Origin: Podarcis vaucheri
Taxonomy: Eukaryota
Direction: 5' to 3' (one strand)
Assembly (NCBI GenBank): GCA_965113315.1
Contig: OZ220367.1
Length of the DNA stretch: 64,000 bases
The translations under genes were made by a program, and so were the position numbers. Shown here piece by piece: positions 1 to 12,935 of this stretch (positions within the stretch are counted from its first letter, which is position 1; the number at the start of each line of letters is the position of its first letter). The notes under the pieces were generated by a model. It worked only from the letters and a program-made list of their open reading frames with translations, did no database searches and was not told the DNA's origin.

Positions 1-1876
1 TGGAGCCACTATGTATTGGTGGGTATGCGATTAGCCTTTTAGCTGCCTCAGGTTCTTATTATGCCATGCATGTTTGTCATTGTAGCTTGCATAATTGCAG
101 CAGGAATGGGTGTAGGTTTCAGCCTGCCACAAAAGGGCAGGGAGCAATGCTTGTTCACCCCATCCATTCAGGGTGGTCCTTCCTGGTGTCTTGGAAACGT
201 GCTTCCCCGTTCCACCCGCACCAAGCAGTCTCATAATGAAAGGAGGCCAGCAATCTTTGTGATCGAATAGATGCAATTAGCTGCCGTTTCAGCTGGACAA
301 TGAGGTCTCTCCGAGGGATGATGCTTGCTTGTTTCATGGGCGAAGCCATATCCATAGTCTTGACCCTACGCAAGCCAAGCATACAAATTATCTGTTTGTG
401 GAACAGTCTGGCTGAGGTGGAATTGCAAAGAAATTGTCCCAGGACCCTCCTATCAGTAGGCAGTGGGTTGAAGCTGAGAGTGGGATGAAAAGCTGGTGCT
501 GTGTATGTTTGCTCTGACGCATCCAAAACTCCACATTCATCACAGTTGGAAGGACAGAGAGTTGGCATTGCACACAAAGGCGCTTCCTCCAGCCATGGCA
601 AGTAATTAGTGGTTCCCTGTGTGTCAGTCTCCTTTGCCACCACACTGGGCTAGAAAATATATCTTTGAACACCCAGAACCCTAAATACATACCATATAGC
701 CATCACTTCCACACTCTACATTACATACCTAAAGTTTCACATAATTAACGCTGTCTCAACACAGACTCTTTGTATATTCCAGATCCCATCTAAAATCTCT
801 CCCTGGTCTATCCAGGCTCTGGTTTTCACTCCTGCTCAAACCAGTCAGGTTTTTCCTTTCCTCTCTTCTGTCGGTGAACCTTGCCAGTCCTCCCACTGGC
901 TACTTTTGGTTCTCATTTGGGGGCTCAATTAAAAAAGGGGGGAGGAAAGGGGGGAGTAGTTTGTTTCTCATCCTCAGTAATTGTAGAAAGAAACTTGAAA
1001 CTGAATAGCTGTAGCACAGAGACCTGAAGGTCAGAGAGGGGCATCAATGCACTACAACTGCTGCCATGGACCTAGTTTTTCATACCAGTGAAGAGGCAAA
1101 GGATTGAGGAGGAATATATACCCCCCCCCCCATGTTTTCTGCAGTGAAGCAGGCAGGGAAAAGAGATGCTGTTGAAATGTCAGAATTCAGACCCATCTCA
1201 AGTTTGTAAAAAAGCTGCTATTTTGTTTTTTATTCCATTCATTTCATTTCTTACCTGCCCTTCACCACAAGATTCCAGCATGGGTTACAGCGCTATAACA
1301 TACAGGATTAAAATTAGTTAAAATAATTTACAGTCAGAAGAATAAGGTGGGTCCTGCCTGTCTGCCTATCTATGTGTATGTGTGCGTGCATGCATGTGAA
1401 AGGCTCACAACCCCCTGCTGCTCAATAGATGAACTCTTGTGAAATATGGTGCTAACTATGTGGAAAGCATAGTAAGGTGTCCAGGACAGGTGAACTCTGT
1501 TTTGCTTGTATGGAAATAGTACATATGAGGCTAGCACTCTTGTGTTAGGGACTACGGATCTGGCACTGGGCTGGTCCTACCATTAGGTAAAGTGCGGTGG
1601 CCACCTCAGGTGGAGGTACTGAGTGGAGGAGAGAGCTCCGCATTGCACACATAACCTTCCCTGCAGCCCCTAAACTAGGCTGCTGCCCTCAGGTGCATTT
1701 GAGCATACTGTCCCATCACGAGTCTTGGAATAAGATTCAACGGCTAGTCCAGTCATAGCCTCTGCATGGCATGGCAGTGGGCAGGCGCCATTTTGTCCTC
1801 TGCCTCAGGCAGCTGAATGTGTTTTAACCATGTGTCTGCTTCCTAACTTAGAGTGTTTCTGTCCTTCACTTCACAG

Positions 1877-1948
1877 GGAGCTGAATGGGAACAACATCAC
1901 CCGCATCCACAAAAATGACTTTGCTGGGCTGAAGCAGCTGCGAGTTCT
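1877..1948 (+). CDS. SLIT1: SLIT1 internal coding exon (equivalent to human exon 2), one LRR of domain D1
   Basis: ccttcacttcacag acceptor and gtgagt donor; 72 nt; encodes [23 protein letters not shown](L), matching recalled vertebrate SLIT1. Confidence 0.95.
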
Positions 1949-2031
1949 GTGAGTGGCCTCTCCCTGCTGCCTCCCAAGTGATATTATCCTCATGTCTCCA
2001 CCCCTGTTATTACTGAAGCCACGTGGGGCTG

Positions 2032-2032
<1 letters not shown>

Positions 2033-2068
<36 letters not shown>
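2033..2068. repeat. (TG)18 microsatellite
   Basis: Direct reading. Confidence 0.95.
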
Positions 2069-2069
<1 letters not shown>

Positions 2070-2374
2070 CTGTGTTCCCTTTAATTCAGAGGTGGGGGAC
2101 CTTTTCCATCCCAAGGACTGCATTTCTTTCTGGGCAACCTTCTGAGGGCCACATGCCAGTAGTAGTGGGCAGGGCCAGGAGCAAAGGGGCCAAATTTATG
2201 CCTTTGTACAGTAACTTGCCTTCAACAAACACTCACACACCCTTCTCTATCCTGTGCACAGTCAGCCCAACAAAGAGGAACTCCCATCTGCTAGGATGCT
2301 GGGCTCCCTTTGTCCTCTTCCTCTTGTTTTTCCCTTCTGCTATCCCAGCTCTGATGCTCTTATTCCTTTTTCAG

Positions 2375-2446
2375 GCAGCTGATGGAAAACCAGATCAGCG
2401 TGGTGGAGCGAGGGGTGTTCGACGACATGAAAGAGCTGGAGCGACT
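2375..2446 (+). CDS. SLIT1: SLIT1 coding exon (equivalent to exon 3), LRR
   Basis: tattcctttttcag / gtgagt; 72 nt; [23 protein letters not shown](L), in frame with the previous exon. Confidence 0.95.
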
Positions 2447-3461
2447 GTGAGTGTCTCAGGGAACTGATCAAACTACAGAAGCTGGGGGTGGGGGAAGTAT
2501 ACACACAGAGGGAAAAGATGTGTGTGTGGCACGCGGTGGGGGGGCGTGTAGAGATTTCCCAGCAGAAACCCTGTTTTCTCTCTCCCCTCCATGCAGGCCA
2601 TTCACAGGCCTAGGATCATGCACTTGGTGGGTTTCTTGGTCCTAGGAAGTTCAGAGGTGGGACTGGGCCAGGGGTGGAAAGAACAGCTCAAAAGCAGTCA
2701 GCTCCAGTACCTACACCAAGAACCAGTGCTTCTCCACCCCCTCCCTCCTGCTGACACAGGCAGATGGTGTGAACACTAAGTGTTTTTACACCCAGCCCTG
2801 AACAGCCTGGCTGGTATTTACACCCAGATGCTTCCCAGTCTGTTCACCATTTCTTTCAAATCTAAAATAATTCTCAGCAGTGTGCGTTCAACGAGGGGCA
2901 GTGTTCAAATCAACCCAAGCTGTGTCTGCCTCTTTTCCACACAACAGCTGTAAATTGTCACCTGCGAAACGTGCTTCTATTGTCTCTGAATATATCCTTG
3001 CCTTGTCCTGCCACTGCCAGGGGGAAAGAGTTGTTCCAGTGCAGTCCTGGATGAGACTGGCATGCCTAGCATTGTGCAGAACATGCTACCCCTTTAATTG
3101 GCAAATGCCAGGCTAAATGGACTTTCATCAGTATAGAGATATCATACAGAAACCCCAATCTTCATCCATAAAGCATCATGGGTAATTTATTATTGGAAGT
3201 TTAGGCTGCATTGCCTTTTCATTAATCTGTGGCCACACTCTGACCATTATCCATGTCCTGTACAAATCTGCAAACACCACAATTGGACCTCTTATCTAGT
3301 TGTGTCTTGATACTTGGTCCTATACTACCTTTGTATTAGTTGCCCATTCAGATTCTTTGTTCTCCCCCTTCCTTAAAAACAATACTAAATTATATTTTAA
3401 AACACATGTAGTTTGCAATCTGAATTTAAAACCCCGCGCTAAAACTGCACACATCTGTATA

Positions 3462-3653
3462 CAGATAGGTAGCTGCGTTGGTCTGACACAGTCGAAATAA
3501 TAATAATAAAAATGTCCACTAGCTCCTTAGAGAGCAACTAAGTTTGTTCTGGGTATAAGCTTTTGTGTGCATCTGAAGTGTGCATGCACACGAAAGCTTA
3601 TACTCAGAACAACTTAGTTGGTCTCTAAGGTGCTACTGGACATTTTTATTTTG
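3462..3653. mobile_element. Penelope-like (PLE) derived short palindromic insertion with 13-bp TSD
   Basis: TSD acacatctgtata at 3449-3461 and 3654-3666; ~67-bp inverted arms within 3505-3650; resembles recalled squamate PLE terminal sequence; related fragment at ~25251-25316. Confidence 0.7.
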
Positions 3654-4059
3654 ACACATCTGTATAGTTTACCTGTACATTCCTACGTACCTTTGACAGA
3701 ATTTGTACCCCTCTTTTCTCTTGAAAATACACACTTGTACCTTTTATCACAAGTATTTTTATGTTCTTAATCTGTAAGGGTGTGCTGAAGCAAATGGAAT
3801 AGTTGGCTGAAAAATATCGGCAAAGGTTTTAGGGAGGTATTCTAGTTAAGCTGTGAGATCATTGGGGCACAAAGACTACTAGTGGCAGCAACAGTACCAA
3901 GTGACCTTTAAGCCCAGCTGCTATTGTTGTAAGACATATAATAAGGTGCAGAACGTGTGGACTCCCAACTCCCATCAACCCAGGCTACCATGACCAGTGA
4001 TCAGGGATGATGGGAGTCTGTGAATGCTTATGAAACTTCCTTCCCCTCTGTTTTCCTAG

Positions 4060-4131
4060 ACGTCTGAATCGGAACCAGCTGCACACTTTGCCAGAGCTCC
4101 TATTCCAGAATAACCAAGCATTGTCTCGGTT
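4060..4131 (+). CDS. SLIT1: SLIT1 coding exon (equivalent to exon 4), LRR
   Basis: ctctgttttcctag / gtaagt; 72 nt; [23 protein letters not shown](L). Confidence 0.95.
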
Positions 4132-7100
4132 GTAAGTACCTAGAAATATCTTTCATATTGCTTTTGTTTTTTCTATCTTGAATGGGAAAGCAGCAAGAAA
4201 ATGGTTTTTGGTGTGGTGCACCAATTGCTGTGTACTGGAATTGGCTGATGGGGCTACCAGAACATCAAGGTGTGGATCTGTGGTGTGCCCTGAATGTGTA
4301 GAATGAGAAGTGGGTCACCTTTGTCCAGTCCACAACTGCCACATCTTGAGATCCAGGTCACAAGAGTTTTAAGGCATGGTACAAATTGAGGCTGCATGCT
4401 CCCTGACCGGTTCGTAGAACAAAAATGTAGTTTTTCTCCGTCCAGAATCATTCATCCTCATCATCAACATGCTGCTTTCAGTCTTTGATTCTAGAACCTG
4501 CCATTCTCAAGAGGTGTGTGGTTACTTGATACACATTTGAAAACCCTCACCTTGATTAGGTTATCTATGCCTTTTCCTTTCTGCATATGCTCCAGGTAAA
4601 TTAAGTAGGAAGTGGTGACTCTAGCCTTGGTATACACCCACCCACAGTGTTATTGGGCAAGTGTTGATACATTCCCCCATTCATGGGTCTGCTTACATTT
4701 CTCTTCAAATGGACACACTGCATTTCAAATGGAAACAATCTGCAATGAGGTCCCAGTCCCCTCTGAATTAAACCACCTTCTCAAGTAATGTTTTTTAAGG
4801 AAGGTGGAATACGCAATAGCTCTAGATTGCATGCGAACTACATAGAAGAAACAAGTACTCAGTCTCCATTGATTCTAGAATAAAATGTTGTGTGTACACA
4901 GCCTGGTATTATTGCCACCTGGGTATGGAGAGACCAGTGGGTTCTTGAGCTCTCCATACATATCACTTGGAAGCTGAGGACATTATGTGTATTGGACATT
5001 TCAAAGGTCATGTGTTGCACACAGATGACCACAATCCACCATGAACTGCAGATTTTAGGTGGACTGAATCCCGCTGAATGCCTACATAGAATAGCAGCAG
5101 AGATATGGAAGTTGATCATTGATCATTTATCTAGAACGCCTTCCTGTAAAACAGAGGTGGGGGATATTTTTCAGCTTGAGCGCCATGTTCAACAGGGGCT
5201 GCTTGCTGGTGCTGGACAGGGCCAGAGGCAAAAAGTGGGTGGGCAAGTGGATGTGACTGTTCCCTTTGTATACAGTGGACTTCATTCCAGACATGCAGAA
5301 GTCAGAGGTTTATACGCCCCAAATTGCATAGGTACCATTAAGCATCCATTTGTATCTGTGTATACCTGTATACCCCACAAAAAAGGGCTGTGATGAGTGA
5401 TGCAAGAGGACTCTTTAGATTTTTGCTTTGCTGAGTTGATTGTGAATCTAAACATTTTGTCTCCCTAGTTGAACAGACAATATATAATCACTTCTATCCT
5501 CCCTTGCTAATTACCAAGAGCTAGGAAAGACAGAAAATGAACAACTGTGTCTTTTAAAAATAAAGATTATTGATAAAATGTTCATGTAAAATAATTAATA
5601 AAAGGAAGTATAAAATAACATTTCCTTTGTATACCAGCCTCCTTAAAAGCTCGTGCTAATAATTTGAAATATGCAGTTGCCCATAAAACGTGTTTATAAT
5701 TATGTATTTCTTTATGGCTTCTATAAATACAAAAGTAACAATGACTTGCGTAACATGTTTTCTTCTCTGTGCACCGGCAGCTGCTAACAAAACATTATCA
5801 AAATCATAGGGGGTGGGCACCTGCCAAGGCTCATTATCACATGTTGGAGGGATTCAAAAAGGGCTTCTGGCAAAGCTTTTGAGTCAGAAAAAGCCAATTG
5901 CATTGTTAAAGTGTGTGTGTGTGTGTGTGTGTTTGTGTTTGTGTGTGGGCACAAACACAGAAGGTAGAAGCATTAGCAGAGATGACAGCTTGCAATAGGA
6001 GAGCTACTAGTAGAAACAAATGAATTACTTAAGCTGAGTTTTTGGCTTGGAATACTTTTTGTTTTTTAGCTTTTGTAGAAGTTGGCGGATAACCATGAGT
6101 CATTTCATTTTTCCTGTCTTATTTCCCTTCCACATCTTCACTTATCCAGGCTTGCCTGATTTTTAAAGACCAATTTCTAGAGGCTGGTGGAAGGACTTTC
6201 AGATCTCATTTAAGAACAGAAGTTCATACAACCACAATTAAAAGATTTTAAATCATCACAAGTGTTCTTGTAAAAATTATATGTTGGTATACATTCTCCT
6301 TACCCACACAGAGAATGAGGGTCTTTACTGTGTCAGAGGTAGCCAATGTGAAGCCTTGCAGATATTTCTGACCTATAGCTCCCATCATTCCTGACTATTG
6401 GCTACACTGGCTGGGGCTGGTGGAAGTTGGAGTATGATAACATTGAGAAGGCGTCATTTTGTCTACATGAGTTATAAGGGGAAGGGATGGGCTGCAGTGC
6501 ATCAGAGAGTAGTTAATTTTTATCTTCATTTTGTATCCTTCACTTACGAATTGCCTTTCTAATGACATATGAGTTTCTTAGAGAGATTAAAAACTCACGA
6601 AGATCAGAAAATCAACATGTATTAGCTTCAAATGCTTACTTACATTGTTCCTTGCTGAAGGCTATGAATATGTGGCAGGGTACAGATGTCTAAAGCCATA
6701 TTCTTCCGATCAAGTGTCTGAAATGGACCCCTGTCAGAGCTAAGGAAGACAAGCCATTAGACTTAACACAGTAATGTTGTCATTGCATTTTTACCCATGC
6801 AAACCAGACTCTGCAGAGTGCCTGGAATTATATTGGGAAGAGGTAAAAAGCCCAGTTGAAGAAGCCCACATGATCATAGCACAGTATCCTCAGCCAGTGG
6901 GTGGCATTCTGTGACTAGAAAAAGAGCACAGCGATGTATGTAAGGGAAGAAGAGGTTTCAGAGAATAAGTGTTTGCTCCCCTTCCCTCTCCCAACATTTT
7001 AAGGAGTGCCAGGTTGATTCCTGAGGAATGTCAGCTTGGCCTGGTTTGTTTGGGGCTCCAATCCCAAGAACAAGGACAGGAGGCATGTGCAGATATTTCC

Positions 7101-7849
7101 CACTGCTCTCCGGGACATGCTTCTCATCCAGATGCAAGACCTTAGGAATGAGTGTGAAAGGAAGTACCAAGGAGATGGTTTCCTCTGTTTTATATGTGAT
7201 TATAAAAGGACAAGAGAGGGGATAGGCCTGTGCCAAGCCCCCTAAAAGGCACGGTTTCTGAGGCAGCCGTTACCATGGCAGCTGATGGCTTGATCTAGCT
7301 CACTGCCATTGACTGTCGACTTTGCTTCTTCAAGCTGTTAAACAGTTATTCACTGTTGTTGGACAGTGTGCCCCCACAACTGTGTATCGCCCCCTCCCAG
7401 AACGATGTATCCCCAAGTCATACTCAGAACAGACCCATTGAAATCATTGTCCTTGACTAAGGCAAGCGCATTGATTTCAGTGGATCAACTCTGAGAATGG
7501 CTTAGTTGGATGCAAATTTCCATAAATAAAAATGTAGACATTTGTGAGTTTGCCTGAGGGGCTCCAGAGCATATGTGCACACAAGTGCACACTCACAAAC
7601 CCACACATAAAACCAGGGTGTCACGCTAACTATGAAGTTCTGGATGGATTAAGCCCTGCAGTGCAAAGCTACTTCTTCCCTACCTGATCTGGCCTGGATG
7701 TGATTAATTTTCAACCTTATGTTAGATGCAGCAGATACACACAATATTTATATTATTTCATTATATCATAAGGCATTTCGGAGAAAGGCAATGGCACACA
7801 ACCCTATTTCTTGGTGACATCTGAATCAGATATGAGGCTGTGCAAGCTC

Positions 7850-8270
7850 TGGGCCAGTGTCTGGATGCAGTGGTGGACCTGCAGGAGGGCTAATGAATTG
7901 TGTTTGAATCCTGAGAAGATGGAGGCTCTTTTGGTACCCCTGGATGTATCTTTGTCCCTAGAGGCTCAGGTGTCCTCTCTGGCTAGGAGTGCCTTCTACC
8001 AGCTTCATCTGGTTCACCAGCTATGGCCATTCCTGGTCAGGGACAGCTGACTTCTGTAGTTCATATGTTGGTAACCTCAAGTCTGAATTACTAAATATGC
8101 TGTACGTGGGGCTACCCTTGGGCCTCGTCTGTGGTGGCTAAACTACTGATGGGGGCAGATAGGTGGCAACATGTTACACTGTTGTTAAAATCTCTGCAGA
8201 AGCTGCCTATCTGCTACCTAGCCAGGATCAGTGTTCTTGTATTAATTTACAAAGCTCTGAAAAACTTGGG
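7850..8270 (+). mobile_element. Degraded L2-clade LINE ORF2 fragment
   Basis: Translates to LCLNPEKMEALL..SLEAQVSSLARSAFYQLHLVHQLWPFL, then with stops/frameshifts LVTSSLNY..LYVGLPL, typical of the region C-terminal to L2 RT. Confidence 0.75.
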
Positions 8271-8904
8271 ATGAAATAGAAGAGATGGTGGCTATGGTGC
8301 CCCGTGTCAAGGAAATGGTGACGGGGGAGGTAGAGGATTCCCTCCCTTATTCTTGGGGTGGGCCAGCCATGTCTGCCTGGTTCTGAGTTTTAAAAAAATG
8401 ATGTGCACGCATAAGCCTTGGTCTAGAATGAAGGAATGCAAGTGGTCAAATAAGCCGAGAATTGCATATACAACTTGGGGGGGGGATTTTGTCCCTGTTG
8501 GGGGGGACAAATGTTAAGTATCATGAGCTTCCACATACCTAAGTTTCCCTTGGGTACGCTGTAACCTTTGATTTGTTGATAGGAAGAAGCATTATCCTTT
8601 CATAGTCATTGGCACAGGGCCACTCAAATTCAGTATTGGAGGACTTTGTAACATTTGCTGCCATGGAACAACTGTAGAACTCAACATTCATATTCCACAG
8701 TCTGATAATTTTCCAAAAAGACACACAGATCACACTAGGAAGTGGTGTACAAGAACTGAGGCTGCCAGAAGTGTGTCTTTCAGAAATATGGGTACTTTTC
8801 TTTAGGTGTTTCGGGTATTCATAGCTCTTTGAGAACCTTCGTTCATTCGACCACGATGCTCCCTCCCCTGGAAGGACTCCCTTGGTTGTTGTATTTCTTC
8901 CGTA

Positions 8905-9240
8905 CAGTGGTGCCTCGCAAGACGAAAATAATCTGTTCCGTGAGTCTCTTCGTCTAGCGGTTTTTTCGTCTTGCGAAGCAACCCTATTAGCGGATTAGCG
9001 CTATTAGCGGTTTAGCGGCTATTAAAGGCTTAGCGGCTTAGCGGCTAAAAGGCTATTAGCGGCTTAGCGGCTTAGAAAAAGGGGGGGAGCAAAAAAAATC
9101 ACAAGACTCGCAAGACGTTTTCGTCTTGCAAAGCAAGCCCATAGGGAAATTCGTCTTGCGAAGCGCATCGAAAAACGGAAAACCCTTTCGTCTAGCGGGT
9201 TTTTTGTCTTGCGAGGCATTCGTCTTGCGGGGCACCACTG
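8905..9240. mobile_element. Tc1/mariner-type MITE, intact ends
   Basis: TA on both sides; 22-bp TIR cagtggtgcc(t/c)cgcaagacgaa with 1 mismatch; internal TTAGCGG tandem array. Confidence 0.9.
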
Positions 9241-9524
9241 TATTTATTGTGTTTCAGGTATCTCTGGAATACAAAATCTTACCGATCTGAGGCGAGTTGT
9301 TAAAAAAATTAGGATATCCTTGTATATGCTTCAGTCTCAGATATTAAGGATGTCATAGAACAGACTTGTAATTATGTCCCCATCTCTCTTTTAAAAAATG
9401 CAAATAGAAAAAGAAAAACCAACACCATTAGCTCACATTAGCAAAAAACAATAAGTCGTCAGTCCTGCTTTAAACATTAATATAAACAGTCCAACTAGAT
9501 CCCCAAATGAGATTAATGATAGGT

Positions 9525-9770
9525 AAGATAAAACTTTATTCGCATTAGCCAATGGCCATAGCAACAGTAAAACATTACAGTATACGCAGAAACGGAAATT
9601 TGATATAAGAGCACAATTTAAAGTCCTAAATCAACTGTCAGTTAGTGGCCCTTATTCTGATTGCCCCTGCTATGAACCTAGCATGAACCTTTGCTGTTAT
9701 CTGCTCATTTTGATCTGATAGAAGAAAGGACATTGTGGCAGCGGTTGAGCGCCCTGGGATGGTTAGTATG
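9525..9770 (-). mobile_element. 3' end of a non-LTR retrotransposon (RTE-X-like, tentative)
   Basis: Minus strand reads ..SFLLSDQNEQITAKV..ARFIAGAIRIRATN*, followed by a 3'UTR ending tatggccattggctaatgcgAATAAAg; family assigned from memory. Confidence 0.45.
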
Positions 9771-11832
9771 AGTGGAGTGATGATCTCGTTCCTGAGGTCT
9801 TTCTAGAGAGTACAAGACAGGAGGACGTCTGCCGCTGTTTCGGTGCTATGATCTCCACAGGGGCAAAGGCATTTCTTGGGTGAGATCTTTTGTAATCGAC
9901 CCTCAAGTACCGCAGATGGAAAAACATCCAGCCTTGAGAGATTAATGATGATATATGTTCAAATGTAGAAAAGGCTTTGAGTATGTGTGTCTTCATGTGT
10001 GGTGCATTATTTGCCTTTTGGCATTTCAGGCCTGGTGGCAACACCAGTGCATTAGCTGATGTATATTTAGCTGGGCCCTGTGTCTTAGGTGCTGTGGGAT
10101 ATTTAAGTTCAGTCGCTGAACTTGAGTGAGTCACTTTGTGAGTGAGTCACTTTGGAAAGAAGGATGCCAGGGATGCTGTAGGCAGTGGCCTGTGGAGAAA
10201 CACTGCCCAGTTCGCTGGCTGGTCACAGAGTAGCTTCCCCACAACTATCACACCTCGTCTTCCAACTTTCAGGACAGAACCAGTCAGAGAAACCAAATGT
10301 GTATGCTGTGCAACAGCATGCCCACAGTCTGGTAATGGCACCTCTTTAAAATTAAGCTACAGACATTGCTATAGATCTTGGGTCATAGATGTGTGTGGAA
10401 ATGGCACACAAGTATATGCTGGCTGGAACTAATGCTGCATCAAGGTCACCTCTGACTTTTACATTAGAAATAAAACAATTAAGATAATTATTGTAGAGCA
10501 GAATTCTGCCCCTCCCTTAATCGGCTCTGTCTTTAATGCCATCCTTGTAAACCCAAATCTCATCAACAGAAGATGGATGTGGGAGGGAGGAATGTTTAGG
10601 AGACTCCCTCATATTTCCTTCGTTTGTTGGCCAAGAGGTAAAACAGCTAGACAGAGGCAAGGGGGAGTGGATGGTAGGGGAGGGATCCTAGTCTTAGAAG
10701 ATCTGGGTCTTCACAGTTTCTGACCATTTCCCACATCACCTTTAGTTCCTTGTCACATTTTAAGCTTTGTGTTGTTCTTTTACAGAGAACAACTATGTAC
10801 AGTGCTTGGAACTTCTGTATTGACTTCTCCTGACTACATGGAGAGTATCCATGCCTTTAATTGAATGTTTCTGCAAGTATTTGCTGTTGGTGTGGAAATT
10901 CTCCTTGGAATTGGGACGGTCATAAGGACAAACTGTCCAACATATTGGAGCTGGGCAGGGAGAAAAGCAACGTCCTACATAGACCGTGGTAAAGAAAATG
11001 AGCAGTAAGCCCAGAAATTCATTAGTTTAGCACACAACCCAACTATGAATATATTGGGTGATGTTAAGCAGGCCACTACAATATTCCAAGTTTGAAACAC
11101 TACTGTCCCCCAACTCACATTTATAATATGAGGAGGATAATACTGACCCCAATGTGCTGCCAGACTCAAAGCCTGGGGTGACTCCTTGTGTTCTGACTTT
11201 CAGTGAGTTGTGTATGGAGTTCTCCTCTGATGTTTACTCCTGTCTCCTCTCCTATGGTTCATTCCAGCCTTAATATCCTGTACTAGTCATAAAATGTCCT
11301 CTGCAGTTTATTGTTTTCTCCTATAACACAAATAGTATTTTCCCACCATGACGATGATGAATTCGGTTAGGGTGAAACCGAGTCTGGTGCATTTAAATCA
11401 ACTCTGAGCACTAGCAGGAATGACAGCCTTAAACTGCGGTTACCATGCCTTGCATGGGAAATCTTGGTCGCACAGCTGGAAGTGGTGTCACCCTACAAGC
11501 CAGCTGTCCTCCCATGCCCTTTACGAGTCTCGTTTTAGAGGATGGCCCTTTATTCCTCACAGTCTCCTTGAATACAAAGGATGCCCCCTTTTTCAGTTAT
11601 GAATGTTTCTCAAGGCTATTATTAAGTGACAAACAAGCTGGTTTGGCTGTAACAGTTTCCCTCAAGAAACCTTCGGGGTGTTCTTTGATGGGAGACGAAG
11701 AATTCCCAGCATCTATACAAAATTACATTTCACAGGAGAAATCATGATAGTTCAAAACCTGTTGAGATTTGTAATGTAATCCTAATGATCACTTTTGCAA
11801 ATGACATTTTTTAAAAAAATATCAGTCCTAGG

Positions 11833-11980
11833 AAATGCTTTTTTCTGGGGGGATGCAGGGGAACACATACCCCTAAACATTTTGTGAATCTAAGTTTGGC
11901 CTCAATATGAGTAGGATACTCAATATGAGTAGGAAAATGAGAGTACCCCTAAACATATTTTTTAAAGAAAAAAAGCACTG
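11833..11980. mobile_element. hAT-type MITE
   Basis: 8-bp TSD gtcctagg (11825-11832, 11981-11988); ends aaatgcttttt / aaaaagcactg. Confidence 0.75.
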
Positions 11981-12201
11981 GTCCTAGGCATGTGGCTCCC
12001 ATTAGTTGAAGTCTGCTGTAAGCCTTTGGCCTGTAATTGTGATTGTTAGCTGTGGCCAGGTAGGCAGGGTGAGAGGGCGTGTTGTGGCAGTGGGGAATTT
12101 CTCTCTCCCCACCTCATGGACCTTTGTGTAAAAGGACTAAGACTTCAGTCAACTACCCACTTACCAGAACTCAATGGGACTTCCTTCCAAGGGGGCATAT
12201 A

Positions 12202-12281
12202 CAGGGTGAGTCTTTTAAAAGAGGCCCCATGGAACATGTGTACTCTGTATCCACAGGGCCTCTTTTAAAGGACTCACCCTG
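12202..12281. mobile_element. 80-bp mariner-type mini-MITE (hairpin)
   Basis: TA flanks; 26-bp TIR cagggtgagtc(t/c)tttaaaagaggccc with 1 mismatch. Confidence 0.8.
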
Positions 12282-12894
12282 TATAAGGCTGTACCACTGT
12301 GGGGGAGCAGGCTGTGTCAGCTAATGGGCAAGACAGTGGTATGTTTAGATTAAAGGGAAAGTTTCAGTGGGAAAAGCACAGTGTGGAGAGAAGATGGTGT
12401 TTGGGGGAATTGACCTGAGGCAGGACTCAAGTCATCAGCTCCAAGGAAGGGTACCTGCTAATGTTGATCAGTGACCTGCATTTGAACTCAGATTTCTGCA
12501 TGTGTGGATTTGGATATGGACATGTCTCTTTGGGCATTCTTTCTACAAGGTATATTTCATCTTAACTGAACAACAAAGGCTGTGCATACGGCAGAGTGCT
12601 AATGCCCATGTGGGTTGCACAGATTTTTCCATGTGAACTTTTGTGTACATTCATCTACGCATACGCATGAATGCTTTGAATTGAACTCTGTTCCCATCAG
12701 CGCTAGTGGACTATGCTTGATGAGGTGTATTTACTCCATGTTGCCGTTCCCTCCCCTCAATTAGTATTTCCCTACCCTCCCTAAGCTCTGAAAACCTAAG
12801 GTCCATTGTGGGAATGCATGAAGGCATATACTTTTTTTTTTTTTGAGATACAGGTTTTCCAACATACCAGACTTGCCCAAAATACTGGGTTACT

Positions 12895-12935
12895 GTTTTG
12901 TTTTGTTTTGTTTTGTTTTGTTTTGTTTTGTTTTG
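12895..12935. repeat. (GTTTT)n pentanucleotide microsatellite
   Basis: Direct reading. Confidence 0.9.

Noticed and set aside
2036-2467. 143-aa ORF overlapping exon 3
   Set aside because: Begins in a (TG)n tract and reads exon 3 in the wrong frame
8986-9075. CRISPR array or interstitial telomere
   Set aside because: Eukaryotic DNA, no spacers, and the unit is TTAGCGG inside a MITE rather than TTAGGG
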